64,000 nt of DNA from positions 4,544,001 through 4,608,000 of the forward strand of contig OZ242195.1 in the NCBI GenBank assembly GCA_965205975.1. Reading direction: 5' to 3'. A model generated the notes under the pieces. The model saw only the letters and a program-made list of their open reading frames with translations. It had not been told where the DNA came from and did not search any database. Shown here piece by piece: positions 50,544 through 59,299 of this stretch; position 1 is the first letter of the stretch; every line of letters starts with the position of its first letter. Source of the DNA: Candidatus Latescibacterota bacterium. Its GTDB lineage: Bacteria > Latescibacterota > UBA2968. Made by a program: the position numbers and the translations under genes.

Positions 50544-52215
50544 ACTCTGGTGCCCAAGCACGAGGTGCTATGCCTTCAATGTGTGTTTTGACATCGATGA
50601 TGGCGGGTTTGTTAGAGGCAAGTGCCTGATCTAAGGCTCCTGATAGCTCGTTGGGATGATTTACCGTGATGCCAAAGCAGTCCATGGATTGGGCGATTTT
50701 TGCAAAGTCGGCGTCGGTGAGTATCCAGAGTTCGTCGGATCCAGGGGTCTGTCCGCCGTATGTTCGCTCGTTGACGGATTTTTCCTGGTTTAGCGAGCGG
50801 TTGTTGTTTACGATGGTGACAGTGGGGATGTCGTATCGCAATGCGGTGTCGAGCTCGGTCATGTGATACCATATCCCGCCGTCGCCGGTGAAGCATATAA
50901 CGGGACGGTCGGGTTTGGCGCATTTGGCTCCAATGGCTGCGGGAAGACCCCAGCCGAGGGATCCGGCGCAGCGGATGAATAATTGATCGGGGTGTTTGAG
51001 GTCCATCATGGTGCCGGTCCATATCCCGGAATGACCTGTGTCAGAGACGAGGATGGCGTCCGAGGGGAGGAAGTCGGTGAGTTCTTTGCACAGGCGTTCG
51101 GGACGTATGGGGTTGTCGTCTGAGTTGACGAGTGGGGCGACTTCGTCGCGCCATTCGCGAACGAGGTCTTGGACGCGGGTGATCCATTCGGTGCGTTTTG
51201 CCATGGGGTCGGCATTGTCGATCATTTTGCGCAGTGATGCCCGAACATCGCCTTGCAGGCCGAGCGTGAGGGGGAAAGAACGCCCGAGTTCAGAGGGGTT
51301 GATGTCGAGCTGGATGACGGGCGTGCCTTTGGGCGGAATTTTCCATTCGTTGGTAACTTGCCCACCCGCGTGGCTGCCGATAAAGAAGACGAGGTCGGCT
51401 TCGCAGACGGTTTTGTTGGCGCAGGCGCGAGAGTATTGGCCGCATACGCCAATGGCGAGCGGATGGTCGTAGGGGAAGGTTTCTTTGGCGTTGAGGGAGG
51501 TGGCGACTGGAATGGATAATTTTTCGGCGAGTTCGACGAGTTCGGCACCTGCTTCGGAATAGGTGACGCCTCCGCCGGCGATGATGACGGGGCGTTTTGC
51601 CTGGGTGAGCAATTTGATGGCTTTCTGCACACTTGATTGTTCTGGCTCTGGACGGAATGGGGGCATGCGTGTGAATTGTTCTTCGATGATGACGTTCAGG
51701 TCCGCTTCGGCTTCTGCGATGTTTTGTCCGACAAAGCCCTCAAAGTCCAGGTGTACAGGACCAGGTGTGCCGGAGACGGATTCTCGAAATGCCTGACGCA
51801 TGAAGTAGGGCAGTTGATCGAGTTCGCCGACGTTAATACTGTATTTGGTGACTGCGCTAAAGGGGGCTGTGTGATCGACTTCTTGATAGGCGTGACGCTG
51901 CTGGTTGATCTGAGTTTGGCGTCCGGTGATGGCGATGACCGGGGCGCAGGCGAGATAGGCGTCTTGCAGGCCAGCGGCGAGGTTGACCGCGCCGACAGAT
52001 TGGGCCATGCAGATGCCGGGACCCCGGTTGACGCGGGCGTACGCATCGGCCATGTAGGCAGCGGCTTTTTCGCCGTGTGTCATGATGCGTTTGATGCCTA
52101 ATTTTTCCATTTCATACAGTGCTCTGGGTGCGATTACGGGCATGAAGAAGACATGGGTAATGCCATATCCTTTGAAGGTTTCAGCGATGAATCGCCCGCC
52201 GGTCATTTGGGGCAT
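50542..52215 (-). CDS. Thiamine-diphosphate-dependent enzyme (acetolactate synthase large-subunit-like)
   Basis: HGEKAAAYMADAYAR, PGPVHLD, GSLGWGLPAAIGAK, TPP motif TGDGG...NN. Confidence 0.9.
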   Translation of the reverse strand: MPQMTGGRFIAETFKGYGITHVFFMPVIAPRALYEMEKLGIKRIMTHGEKAAAYMADAYARVNRGPGICMAQSVGAVNLAAGLQDAYLACAPVIAITGRQTQINQQRHAYQEVDHTAPFSAVTKYSINVGELDQLPYFMRQAFRESVSGTPGPVHLDFEGFVGQNIAEAEADLNVIIEEQFTRMPPFRPEPEQSSVQKAIKLLTQAKRPVIIAGGGVTYSEAGAELVELAEKLSIPVATSLNAKETFPYDHPLAIGVCGQYSRACANKTVCEADLVFFIGSHAGGQVTNEWKIPPKGTPVIQLDINPSELGRSFPLTLGLQGDVRASLRKMIDNADPMAKRTEWITRVQDLVREWRDEVAPLVNSDDNPIRPERLCKELTDFLPSDAILVSDTGHSGIWTGTMMDLKHPDQLFIRCAGSLGWGLPAAIGAKCAKPDRPVICFTGDGGIWYHMTELDTALRYDIPTVTIVNNNRSLNQEKSVNERTYGGQTPGSDELWILTDADFAKIAQSMDCFGITVNHPNELSGALDQALASNKPAIIDVKTHIEGIAPRAWAPE

Positions 52216-52366
52216 GGTGTTCTCCTTTGGGTGTGGTGCATAACTGGGGTAGCAGGTTATCGTCCGTAATGAACTTCAAAAATATCAGAATTTCAAGTTA
52301 AAAAAACGGTTAGGGGCGGTGCCCCCGTATAAAAGCATTACGAGGCAGGCTCTGTGCCCGCCCGTG

Positions 52367-53302
52367 CTAAAGTTGTTTTGTAAGCGCGACTGCGCCGAGA
52401 AGTACGGAGTGGTTTTTGAGTTTGGCAGGGGTGATTTTGAGGTGTGGACGGTGAACCGACATGAGGAATCGACGGGTTTTTCTGCGTAGCGGTTCAAAAA
52501 GAACGCGCCCTGCGTTTGAGACGCCGCCTCCGATGACGATGACATCGGGGGCGAATGCATTTACAGCCATTGCCAGACCCTGTCCGAGGTCGGTGCAGAT
52601 TTCATCGACGAGCGCTCTGGCATAAGGGTCTCCAGAACGCGCGGTGTCAAATAGGGTTTTGGCTGTGATGGGGTTGTTGTTTGCAGTTCGCGCGATTGCG
52701 ATACTTTTGCGCGGGTGTTTTTGCACTGCTACTTTTGCGCGTCTGGCAATGGCAGTGCCCGAGCAGAGGGCTTCGAGACAGCCTCGGTTGCCGCAGTCGC
52801 ATTGGGGGCCGTCGCGCAAGATGGACACATGTCCGAGTTCGCCGGCATATCCGTTGCCACCGCGGTAGATTTCGCCGTTGATGATGATGCCCCCACCAAT
52901 GCCGGTGCTGATCGTGTAGTAGATGATGTGGCGACTGTTTTTACCCGCGCCAAAAGTAAATTCTCCCAGTGCGCCCACGTTGGCATCGTTGTCGATTATT
53001 GCGGGTAAGCCGAGGTGTTGTTCTACAATTTCCGGCAGTGGGCAATCGTCCCATCCGGCGACGTGGGTGGAGTTGACGATGCGCTGTGTGTCGAAGCTGA
53101 CGGGACCACCAAATCCAATACCACAGGCCGATACGGATGATTGTGAGATCAGTGTTTTGCTTGCGGCGAGTATGCGGTCAATTCTTTTATCGGCGTGGTC
53201 TGCGCGATCTGTTTGGTGCTGGATGTGTTTGATGACGCGGCCATCGGGCGTGGCAAGGGCCAGGCCAAATTGGGAACCGCCGATGTCAATGGCGAGGATC
53301 AT
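52367..53302 (-). CDS. ROK-family sugar kinase (glucokinase-like)
   Basis: LAIDIGGS, DNDANVGALGE, STGIGGG, AGELGH, CDCGNRGCLE. ATGA overlap with the MFS gene. Confidence 0.93.
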   Translation of the reverse strand: MILAIDIGGSQFGLALATPDGRVIKHIQHQTDRADHADKRIDRILAASKTLISQSSVSACGIGFGGPVSFDTQRIVNSTHVAGWDDCPLPEIVEQHLGLPAIIDNDANVGALGEFTFGAGKNSRHIIYYTISTGIGGGIIINGEIYRGGNGYAGELGHVSILRDGPQCDCGNRGCLEALCSGTAIARRAKVAVQKHPRKSIAIARTANNNPITAKTLFDTARSGDPYARALVDEICTDLGQGLAMAVNAFAPDVIVIGGGVSNAGRVLFEPLRRKTRRFLMSVHRPHLKITPAKLKNHSVLLGAVALTKQL

Positions 53303-54504
53303 GGTGTGGCTCCAGATGGCAATAGCGTGCGGCGCACGAGCAGGGCAATGACGCCTGAGATGGCAATGGCTGTGACCATGGAGATGGATGAGGCGCTGTA
53401 GAACTGGCTGAAGAGGGTGACAAATAATCCCGCCGTGCTCATTTGTATAAATCCCATGAGGGCGGAGGCAAGTCCGGCTTTTTCCGGATAGGGCACGATT
53501 GCGCCGGCCATTGCCTGGGGGCGCACCATACCGCCGCCTATTGTGAATAAACACATTGGGGCAATGATGGTGATGACCGAAAATACGCCCGCGAGTTTGA
53601 GTCCCAGCAGGAGCAGGCCCGCGCCCGCTGCGATCAGGCTACCGATTTGAATGATGCGTGCGCTGCCGAGGCGATTGTTGAGACGGCCAGATAAAAATGC
53701 GCCGATCATGAGTCCCACGGCGACCGATCCAAAACAGAGGCCGTAGAGTTGGGGAGAGACACCCAACTCGGTGATGAGTACAAAAGATGAGTTTGTGATA
53801 AAGGCAAACATGCCCCAGAATAAGATGGCGACCATAAAGGTATATCCGAGGTACCGGCGGCTGGACAAGAGGTCGCGGTAATTGGCTATCATGCGCGCTG
53901 GATTCATGGCTGTGGGGTCGATCATGTTATTGGTTTCAGGCACTGCCCAGAGGTAGCCGAAGAAGAACAGGGTGCCCAGCGCGCTGAGTACGACAAAGAC
54001 GGAATGCCATCCAAAATGGGCTTGCAAAAATCCGCCTATCACGGGTGCGAGTATGGGGGCGAGGGCAATGGCTGTGGCCATGTAGGACATTATTCTGGCG
54101 GCGTGGATTTCGCCGTATATGTCGCGTACTACAGCGCGGCTTACAGAAGGGCCACTACCTCCGGCAAATCCCTGCAATACGCGAGCTAAAATGAGTGCGC
54201 CCACTGTGGGTGCAAATAGGCAGCCCAGGCCCGCGAGCGCGTAACAGGCAAGGCCGATGAGCAAAATCGGACGTCGGCCAAATCGATCAGAGAGGGGACC
54301 AAAGACGAGTTGTGCTGCGCCCAGTGACATCAGGAATAGGGTGACGGCGGGCTGGATGTGGGTGGGATGGGTTTGGAACTCCTCAACCATTGCGGGCATT
54401 GAGGGCAAAAACATGTCAATGGATAGAGGGGGCAGGCCAGACAGGCCAGTTAGCAAGATGGGGATGAGGATGCGAGAGGTGGGTGGATGTGGTTCTGCGC
54501 TCAA
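53299..54504 (-). CDS. Bcr/CflA-family multidrug efflux MFS transporter
   Basis: SIDMFLPSMP, GPLSDRFGRRP, RAVVRDIY, APVIGG. TTG start after AAAGGA. Confidence 0.92.
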   Translation of the reverse strand: MSAEPHPPTSRILIPILLTGLSGLPPLSIDMFLPSMPAMVEEFQTHPTHIQPAVTLFLMSLGAAQLVFGPLSDRFGRRPILLIGLACYALAGLGCLFAPTVGALILARVLQGFAGGSGPSVSRAVVRDIYGEIHAARIMSYMATAIALAPILAPVIGGFLQAHFGWHSVFVVLSALGTLFFFGYLWAVPETNNMIDPTAMNPARMIANYRDLLSSRRYLGYTFMVAILFWGMFAFITNSSFVLITELGVSPQLYGLCFGSVAVGLMIGAFLSGRLNNRLGSARIIQIGSLIAAGAGLLLLGLKLAGVFSVITIIAPMCLFTIGGGMVRPQAMAGAIVPYPEKAGLASALMGFIQMSTAGLFVTLFSQFYSASSISMVTAIAISGVIALLVRRTLLPSGATP

Positions 54505-54564
54505 ATTATGTCCTTTTACGGGTCGGAGAGGCATCCCTGCCTCGATTTTCTGTGAGAGAGGGGA

Positions 54565-54792
54565 CTAAATCAGGGATATGATAAACCAGATAATGACGAG
54601 GGCAACAAAGGGCGAGATGTCCAGCCCACCCAGGTCGGGTAACAGACGGCGAAGGGGTACGAGAACCGGATCTGTGATGGCGCATATTATTCTGATGAGT
54701 GGATTGTATGGGTTGGGATTCATCCATGAGATGACTGCTCGCGCAATGATGATGTAGCCGTAAATTGTGAGGAGATTTGCCAGGAAGAACAT
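54565..54792 (-). CDS. yggT: YggT-family membrane protein
   Basis: RAVISW..PNPYNP...ITDPVL.PLRRLLP..GGLDISP. Confidence 0.93.
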   Translation of the reverse strand: MFFLANLLTIYGYIIIARAVISWMNPNPYNPLIRIICAITDPVLVPLRRLLPDLGGLDISPFVALVIIWFIISLI

Positions 54793-54903
54793 AAGAGGAC
54801 CTTTCGCAATGGGTTTCAGAGGCGATGTGATAAATTATTCGTTTACGCGAGAAAAGCAACGGAAAAGACGGGGCTGATCAACCCGCCTCGAGTACGAGCA
54901 AAT

Positions 54904-54938
54904 GGCCTTGAGTATTTGATCACTCAAGGCCGTTTTTT
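54904..54938. terminator. Terminator-like hairpin
   Basis: GGCCTTGAGT-8nt-ACTCAAGGCC followed by GTTTTTT on the plus strand. Confidence 0.6.
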
Positions 54939-54971
54939 GTCAAAAATTAACACACCGTATTTAAAAGAAAC

Positions 54972-55202
54972 TTAAGAAGACTTCTCTGACGAAGATTTCT
55001 CTGGCCGACTTGGCGACAAGTCTGCTCCATCATCTTTTTTGGGAGGCTTAGCTCCTTGGGGCATGGGGAGACCTACGTCGAAAGTAGGTATATTCCTATC
55101 TTCTTGGAACACTTGACGGGTATCTCGCCTGGCGGGCGTAGCTGGGGACCGTCTATTCCTTGATGGTACTTCTTTTTTTATGGAATTCTTTTTTTTAGCC
55201 AT
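54972..55202 (-). CDS. Hypothetical 76-aa basic, disordered protein
   Basis: ATG after AGGAGAG, 1 nt after the reconstructed stop of the upstream SLATT-like gene. Confidence 0.45.
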   Translation of the reverse strand: MAKKKNSIKKEVPSRNRRSPATPARRDTRQVFQEDRNIPTFDVGLPMPQGAKPPKKDDGADLSPSRPEKSSSEKSS

Positions 55203-55203
55203 T

Positions 55204-55718
55204 TTAACTCTCTCCTGTTGTAGAAGCTCTAATATAGGTCCCAAAATAGGCCCTTGTTCGTTCCGTGGCTTCGGGTTCGTACTTTGATTTTATCGGTAGA
55301 GCTTGATCTTTGAAGTGTTTGTGGGATGCCTCCAGTTTTTGCTGCTTTAGTTTGGTGACGAGGTTGAAAATATCCTCGTTGGTAAGTTTGCCTTCAAATA
55401 CTGAAAACCACTGACTTTCTGCATCCAGGGCAGCTTTTCCACTTCTGTATTAAGGCTTCCGATCTGCTTAGCACGTTTCTGAAATGGCAAAAATCTCTTG
55501 ATGGCATTGATCACTTGTGAGACGGCAATTAGGGCTCCCCAAATTATGCCATATTCATTCCAAATAACCCATCCGCCAATGCTCGAACTGGAGGTGATAG
55601 CCAAAAATATCTGTATCCGGTTATCCCATTTTTCTAAGTGTATCTGATAGGCTTGTAAATAATAAACACTGGCCCTAAGTTGTACTAAGGTATCCCAGTA
55701 TAGGCTTTGATAGTTCAA
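55204..55718 (-). pseudogene. Frameshifted 2-TM SLATT-like protein
   Basis: Two hydrophobic segments (IFLAITSSSSIGGW..IIWGALIAVSQVI). After EKL (~55432) a shifted frame continues LDAESQWFSVFEGKLTNEDI...TGES to a stop at 55204. Confidence 0.6.
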
Positions 55719-55963
55719 GTTAAATTTTCCCGTCCCGTCCCCGCTATTCGTCGGTTCGCAACACGCGCAGAAAGTATGACGTGTGTGAAATTCTTTTCAA
55801 AAAATATAGAACTATTTCACTCTCTGTCAAGCGGTAGTATTGAAAGCAATGACGTGCAGAAAGCAAAAAGCCGCAATCCCCGTGATGCGCGTGTCTTTTT
55901 TTACGAGCCAGAGGTCTTTTGGACGTTGCACACGTTGGAAAAATTTGGTATTAATAAGCGATT

Positions 55964-55996
55964 GTCATCGCGGCATGCTTAAAGCCGCGATCCAGG
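55964..55996. repeat. 33-bp palindromic dispersed repeat, copy 2
   Basis: Identical to 46555-46587. Confidence 0.85.
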
Positions 55997-56027
55997 AGGT
56001 TTTTAGCTGACTATTGAGGACTTTGTA

Positions 56028-58748
56028 ATGCGTTTCGGATATTTCTTTCTTCTGCTCTGTCTTCTGCCAATGCACGCGCTGGCAAGTTCGTCGCCCTACC
56101 AAAAGGTCGCCGATGTTTCGCTTGCAGGGTCGCTTTCTCTCCAGCACTATCGCCTCTCCAATGGTCTTCAGGTTGCGATTGTAGAAGACGATACCCGACC
56201 CGTTGTGACGTGCCAAATCGCCTATCGCGTGGGGTCTTCTCACGAAGCACCTGGTCGGCAGGGCATGGCGCATCTGGTTGAGCACCTCGTGGTGGTTCGC
56301 TCATTTCCAGAGTCGTTCTACCTTTTGGACGCGCCACATAGCAATGCTGGTACGTCGAAAGATGGTACGAGATACTACGCCACGGTTCCCAAAGCACAGC
56401 TGGATGCGCTGATCGCCAGTTTTGCTTGGGGTATGACACAGTTTGATGTTTCTCAGAAAGAATTCGATCTCGAAAAAGAGGTCGTTCTGGGTGAATGGGC
56501 GCGCAGTGCCAACAGTGCGCGTCGGCTTTTGTATAAAAAGTTATATGCCCGCATGTTTGCAGGACATCCCTATCGGTACGATATTTTGGGCCATCGTGAT
56601 ACGATTAAAACTTTTACTCTGGATCAAGCGACCGCATTTCACAAGCGTCATTACGTGCCAAACAATGCCTGTCTTGTAATTGTCGGCGATGTGAAAGAGG
56701 ATGATATTTTGCCCGTTGTGATTCAACATTTTGGAAGGATTCCGAAGGACGAGGGGTTTATTCCAGACGATGTTGATACGCTGGATGTCGCATCTGTACC
56801 CCAGGATTCCCTGCAATCTACAACTGATCTGCATTCTTCTGTTTGGGGTGTCTGGCATGTTCCAACGGATACACATCCAGACTCCTATCCTTTGTATTTG
56901 TTTGATAAAGCTCTTTTTGATGGTGAATATTCTCTTGCACGCCAAAGGCTAATTGGCCCGGGAAAGGTTCTCGGGGTGAATTCCTATTTTCTCAATATGC
57001 GCGATAAAGATCTGTTTTATTATATAGCTGACTTACCTTCGGGTACGCGTTATGAACCTGTGGTTTCGGCCATGCGACAAATTATTCAAGTAGCTATTGA
57101 TTTTTTTTCTGAAGAACGTCTTTTAGTGGCGAAAAACGAAGCGCGTAAGAGTTTATATCGCATGATAACCAGTCAGTTCCGTCTGGCAAATGTGATCTCT
57201 TTTGGATTCATTCGCACCAACGACCCTGCTTTTGATCTCAAGTGGATGCAGAATCTCGATGGCGTTACGGTGACCGATGTCAAGCGGGTGGCGAAGCAAT
57301 ATCTTTTAGATCAGCCGCCCCACACCTTTGTCCTGTACACGTCTCCAAAGCGAGCACCATCGCGGCGCGTATGGCTTTATGTGGGTGTTGTGTGGATTCT
57401 CGTGGGACTGGGAGGATACTGGTACTGGCGACGGCGAGCACTTGCGGTTGGATTATTTGCAGTCCTTTGCAATATTTCGGCGGCAGAGGCAGAAATCCCC
57501 AATCACAAGATATATTACGTGCAGGATACGCGCGTGCCGCAAACACGGCTTTCAATGAGGTATTATACAGGAGGAGATCTGCAGGAGACAATGGATACGC
57601 GCGGTTTGTCCTTTGCGTTTTTTCGCCTGAATGATCTGGCATTACACGGGGAAGATAAAAAGGAGATGGATCGGCTTGGCGCAGAGTTCTGGTTCAATAT
57701 TTCTGATCGATACGTCACCGTTAATCTGACTGTGTTTAGTGAAAATTTGGATGCAGCCTTAAAACGCCTGAAAGCGATGATGGAAGATCTCAGATTCTCT
57801 GAAGAATTGCTGGACAGAGAACGGGCGCGGATTATAGACGATTTTGAGGATTATGTTGATGATCATGAGGTGGCAGGAATTTTTTGTTATCATTTATACC
57901 AGGGCGAGTACCGGCGAGAGGGCTCGCGCACAGCACTTGAAAATTTGACAGCGCAAGACTTGCAACAATTTTGGGATCAGACCCTGCGCGCAAAAGTTCT
58001 CTTTTTTAGAGTGACTTCCGATCTGAGTAAATCGGAAATTGAACGCAGTTTGCACGTGATGACGGATGACCGACCTCGGGATGGTTTTTCGCCACTTCCT
58101 CGGCCAAAACGCAAAGAGATCAGGGGTTTGCACGCTTTAATTTCCCCAAGTACCCATCTGGCTAATTTTTCTTATTGGATAACCAATGGCTTGCCCCGCA
58201 CAAATGAGGATTGGTTTGCACAAGCGGTTTTGGTCAATGCGCTAAATCGCCTGTTGTTCGTTCGGCTTCGCGACCAGAAGGGCTGGTGTTATTCGGTTGG
58301 TGCGAGTATTCAGGAATGGACATCGCCACCAGTGCTGTATTTTTGGGCTGATCCTCGAGATGTTAATACTTCTAAGCTGATTCCCGAGATGTTTCGGTTG
58401 ATTTACCATTGTTTATCCGAGCCAGAGTTTTGGACAGAAGTGAAGAAAGGTCGCGAACGGCTCAAACGGGCGTATCATTTGCAACTCGGTCCGCAGACCA
58501 GGCTCAATCAGCAGGTGCGCTATGACCGCGATGGGGTGCCCGCTCTTTCTCTGGAGGAATACGAATCAGCTATAGATCGGGTGACGGAAGAAGATATTCG
58601 CCGCGTTTTCAGGCGACTGTTGAACTATCAGGTCAAAAATTTTTTGATGCTTATTTACGGGGATGCCGATCACGTTAAAGACGCATTGAGACGGGGGGAT
58701 ATCATGGGCAGAACAACGGTTTTTAATATTCAAACGCTGATTGAGTAA
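56028..58748 (+). CDS. M16 (pitrilysin/insulinase) zinc peptidase, two halves joined by a membrane segment
   Basis: Signal peptide, LSNGLQV, VGSSHE, HxxEH motif (HLVEH), NAGTSKDGT, YVPNNA. The second half has no HxxEH. Confidence 0.88.
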   Translation: MRFGYFFLLLCLLPMHALASSSPYQKVADVSLAGSLSLQHYRLSNGLQVAIVEDDTRPVVTCQIAYRVGSSHEAPGRQGMAHLVEHLVVVRSFPESFYLLDAPHSNAGTSKDGTRYYATVPKAQLDALIASFAWGMTQFDVSQKEFDLEKEVVLGEWARSANSARRLLYKKLYARMFAGHPYRYDILGHRDTIKTFTLDQATAFHKRHYVPNNACLVIVGDVKEDDILPVVIQHFGRIPKDEGFIPDDVDTLDVASVPQDSLQSTTDLHSSVWGVWHVPTDTHPDSYPLYLFDKALFDGEYSLARQRLIGPGKVLGVNSYFLNMRDKDLFYYIADLPSGTRYEPVVSAMRQIIQVAIDFFSEERLLVAKNEARKSLYRMITSQFRLANVISFGFIRTNDPAFDLKWMQNLDGVTVTDVKRVAKQYLLDQPPHTFVLYTSPKRAPSRRVWLYVGVVWILVGLGGYWYWRRRALAVGLFAVLCNISAAEAEIPNHKIYYVQDTRVPQTRLSMRYYTGGDLQETMDTRGLSFAFFRLNDLALHGEDKKEMDRLGAEFWFNISDRYVTVNLTVFSENLDAALKRLKAMMEDLRFSEELLDRERARIIDDFEDYVDDHEVAGIFCYHLYQGEYRREGSRTALENLTAQDLQQFWDQTLRAKVLFFRVTSDLSKSEIERSLHVMTDDRPRDGFSPLPRPKRKEIRGLHALISPSTHLANFSYWITNGLPRTNEDWFAQAVLVNALNRLLFVRLRDQKGWCYSVGASIQEWTSPPVLYFWADPRDVNTSKLIPEMFRLIYHCLSEPEFWTEVKKGRERLKRAYHLQLGPQTRLNQQVRYDRDGVPALSLEEYESAIDRVTEEDIRRVFRRLLNYQVKNFLMLIYGDADHVKDALRRGDIMGRTTVFNIQTLIE

Positions 58749-58766
58749 TAATTTTCGTTTATACTC

Positions 58767-58795
58767 TTGACGTTATTTTTGAAGTTGGGTATGTT
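58767..58795 (+). promoter_or_regulatory. Sigma70-type promoter of candidate sRNA-1
   Basis: TTGACG-17-TATGTT. Confidence 0.6.
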
Positions 58796-58801
58796 TTATG
58801 C

Positions 58802-58877
58802 ACTGCGGGTTGCTGCGGTATTTCTGTTTATTTCCTCCCTCCCGATAAATAGAGTGCTGTTGGCAGCCCGCTTTTTT
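58802..58877 (+). ncRNA. Candidate sRNA-1: single long hairpin with anti-SD-like loop UUCCUCCCUCCCG
   Basis: Three stacked helices rich in G-U pairs, which fixes the plus strand. 13-nt loop at 58832-58844, U6 tail and its own promoter. Confidence 0.55.
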
Positions 58878-58878
58878 A

Positions 58879-58907
58879 TTGACAGGGTTATTTTTGGAAT
58901 TTATTTT
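58879..58907 (+). promoter_or_regulatory. Sigma70-type promoter of candidate sRNA-2
   Basis: TTGACA-17-TATTTT starting 1 nt after the sRNA-1 T-tract. Confidence 0.6.
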
Positions 58908-58913
58908 GCTTTT

Positions 58914-58970
58914 GTAGCAGAAGTGCAAAGCTTTTGAGGGTGTCGGGAGGGAGCCCTCAAAGGCTTTTTT
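58914..58970 (+). ncRNA. Candidate sRNA-2: hairpin with loop UGUCGGGAGGGAG
   Basis: 14-bp stem (58927-58940 / 58954-58967), U-tail and its own promoter. The loop is complementary to the sRNA-1 loop. Confidence 0.5.
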
Positions 58971-58980
58971 ATTTTATAAA

Positions 58981-59180
58981 TAAAAAAGAGGCGCTGGTTG
59001 GGAGGGTATAACCAACGCCTCAAGGGATGTTGCATGGTACCGGATTAGACGCATTTGTACAGAAAAGAGTTCCAAGAAAGAGTAACGGCGTTGACTCAGC
59101 CGGGGTATAGGAGTCAACGCCGATATTTTTGCGACACGCTTTGTCGCATATTCTTTTACTTTTAAGGGCTGGAAAGGTTC
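58981..59180 (-). ncRNA. Candidate minus-strand RNA-3 with three hairpins (two displaying UAUACCC); 5' end uncertain
   Basis: Stems at 59130-59148, 59086-59122 (perfect 12 bp) and 58988-59021 (G-U on minus strand, followed by U6). Confidence 0.4.
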
Positions 59181-59299
59181 CCGAATGGTGTGATTTTTTG
59201 TGCGTTCAAGCAAATGACTGTGTACTTTTATCTTCTGGTATTCCGGTATATATTGTTGTGTTCTTAAAAAGATGTGATCACTGTGGGTATGGAGAATAC

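Noticed and set aside
54868..54900. tmRNA/tRNA 3'-end remnant as integration site (GACGGGGCTGATCAACCCGCCTCG)
   Set aside because: It lacks the GTTCRA T-loop and CCA end. No second att copy or integrase is present.
58941..58953. CsrB/RsmZ-type CsrA-titrating RNA
   Set aside because: Those RNAs have many short hairpins each with a GGA loop. Here there is one loop, better explained by complementarity to the neighbouring hairpin.
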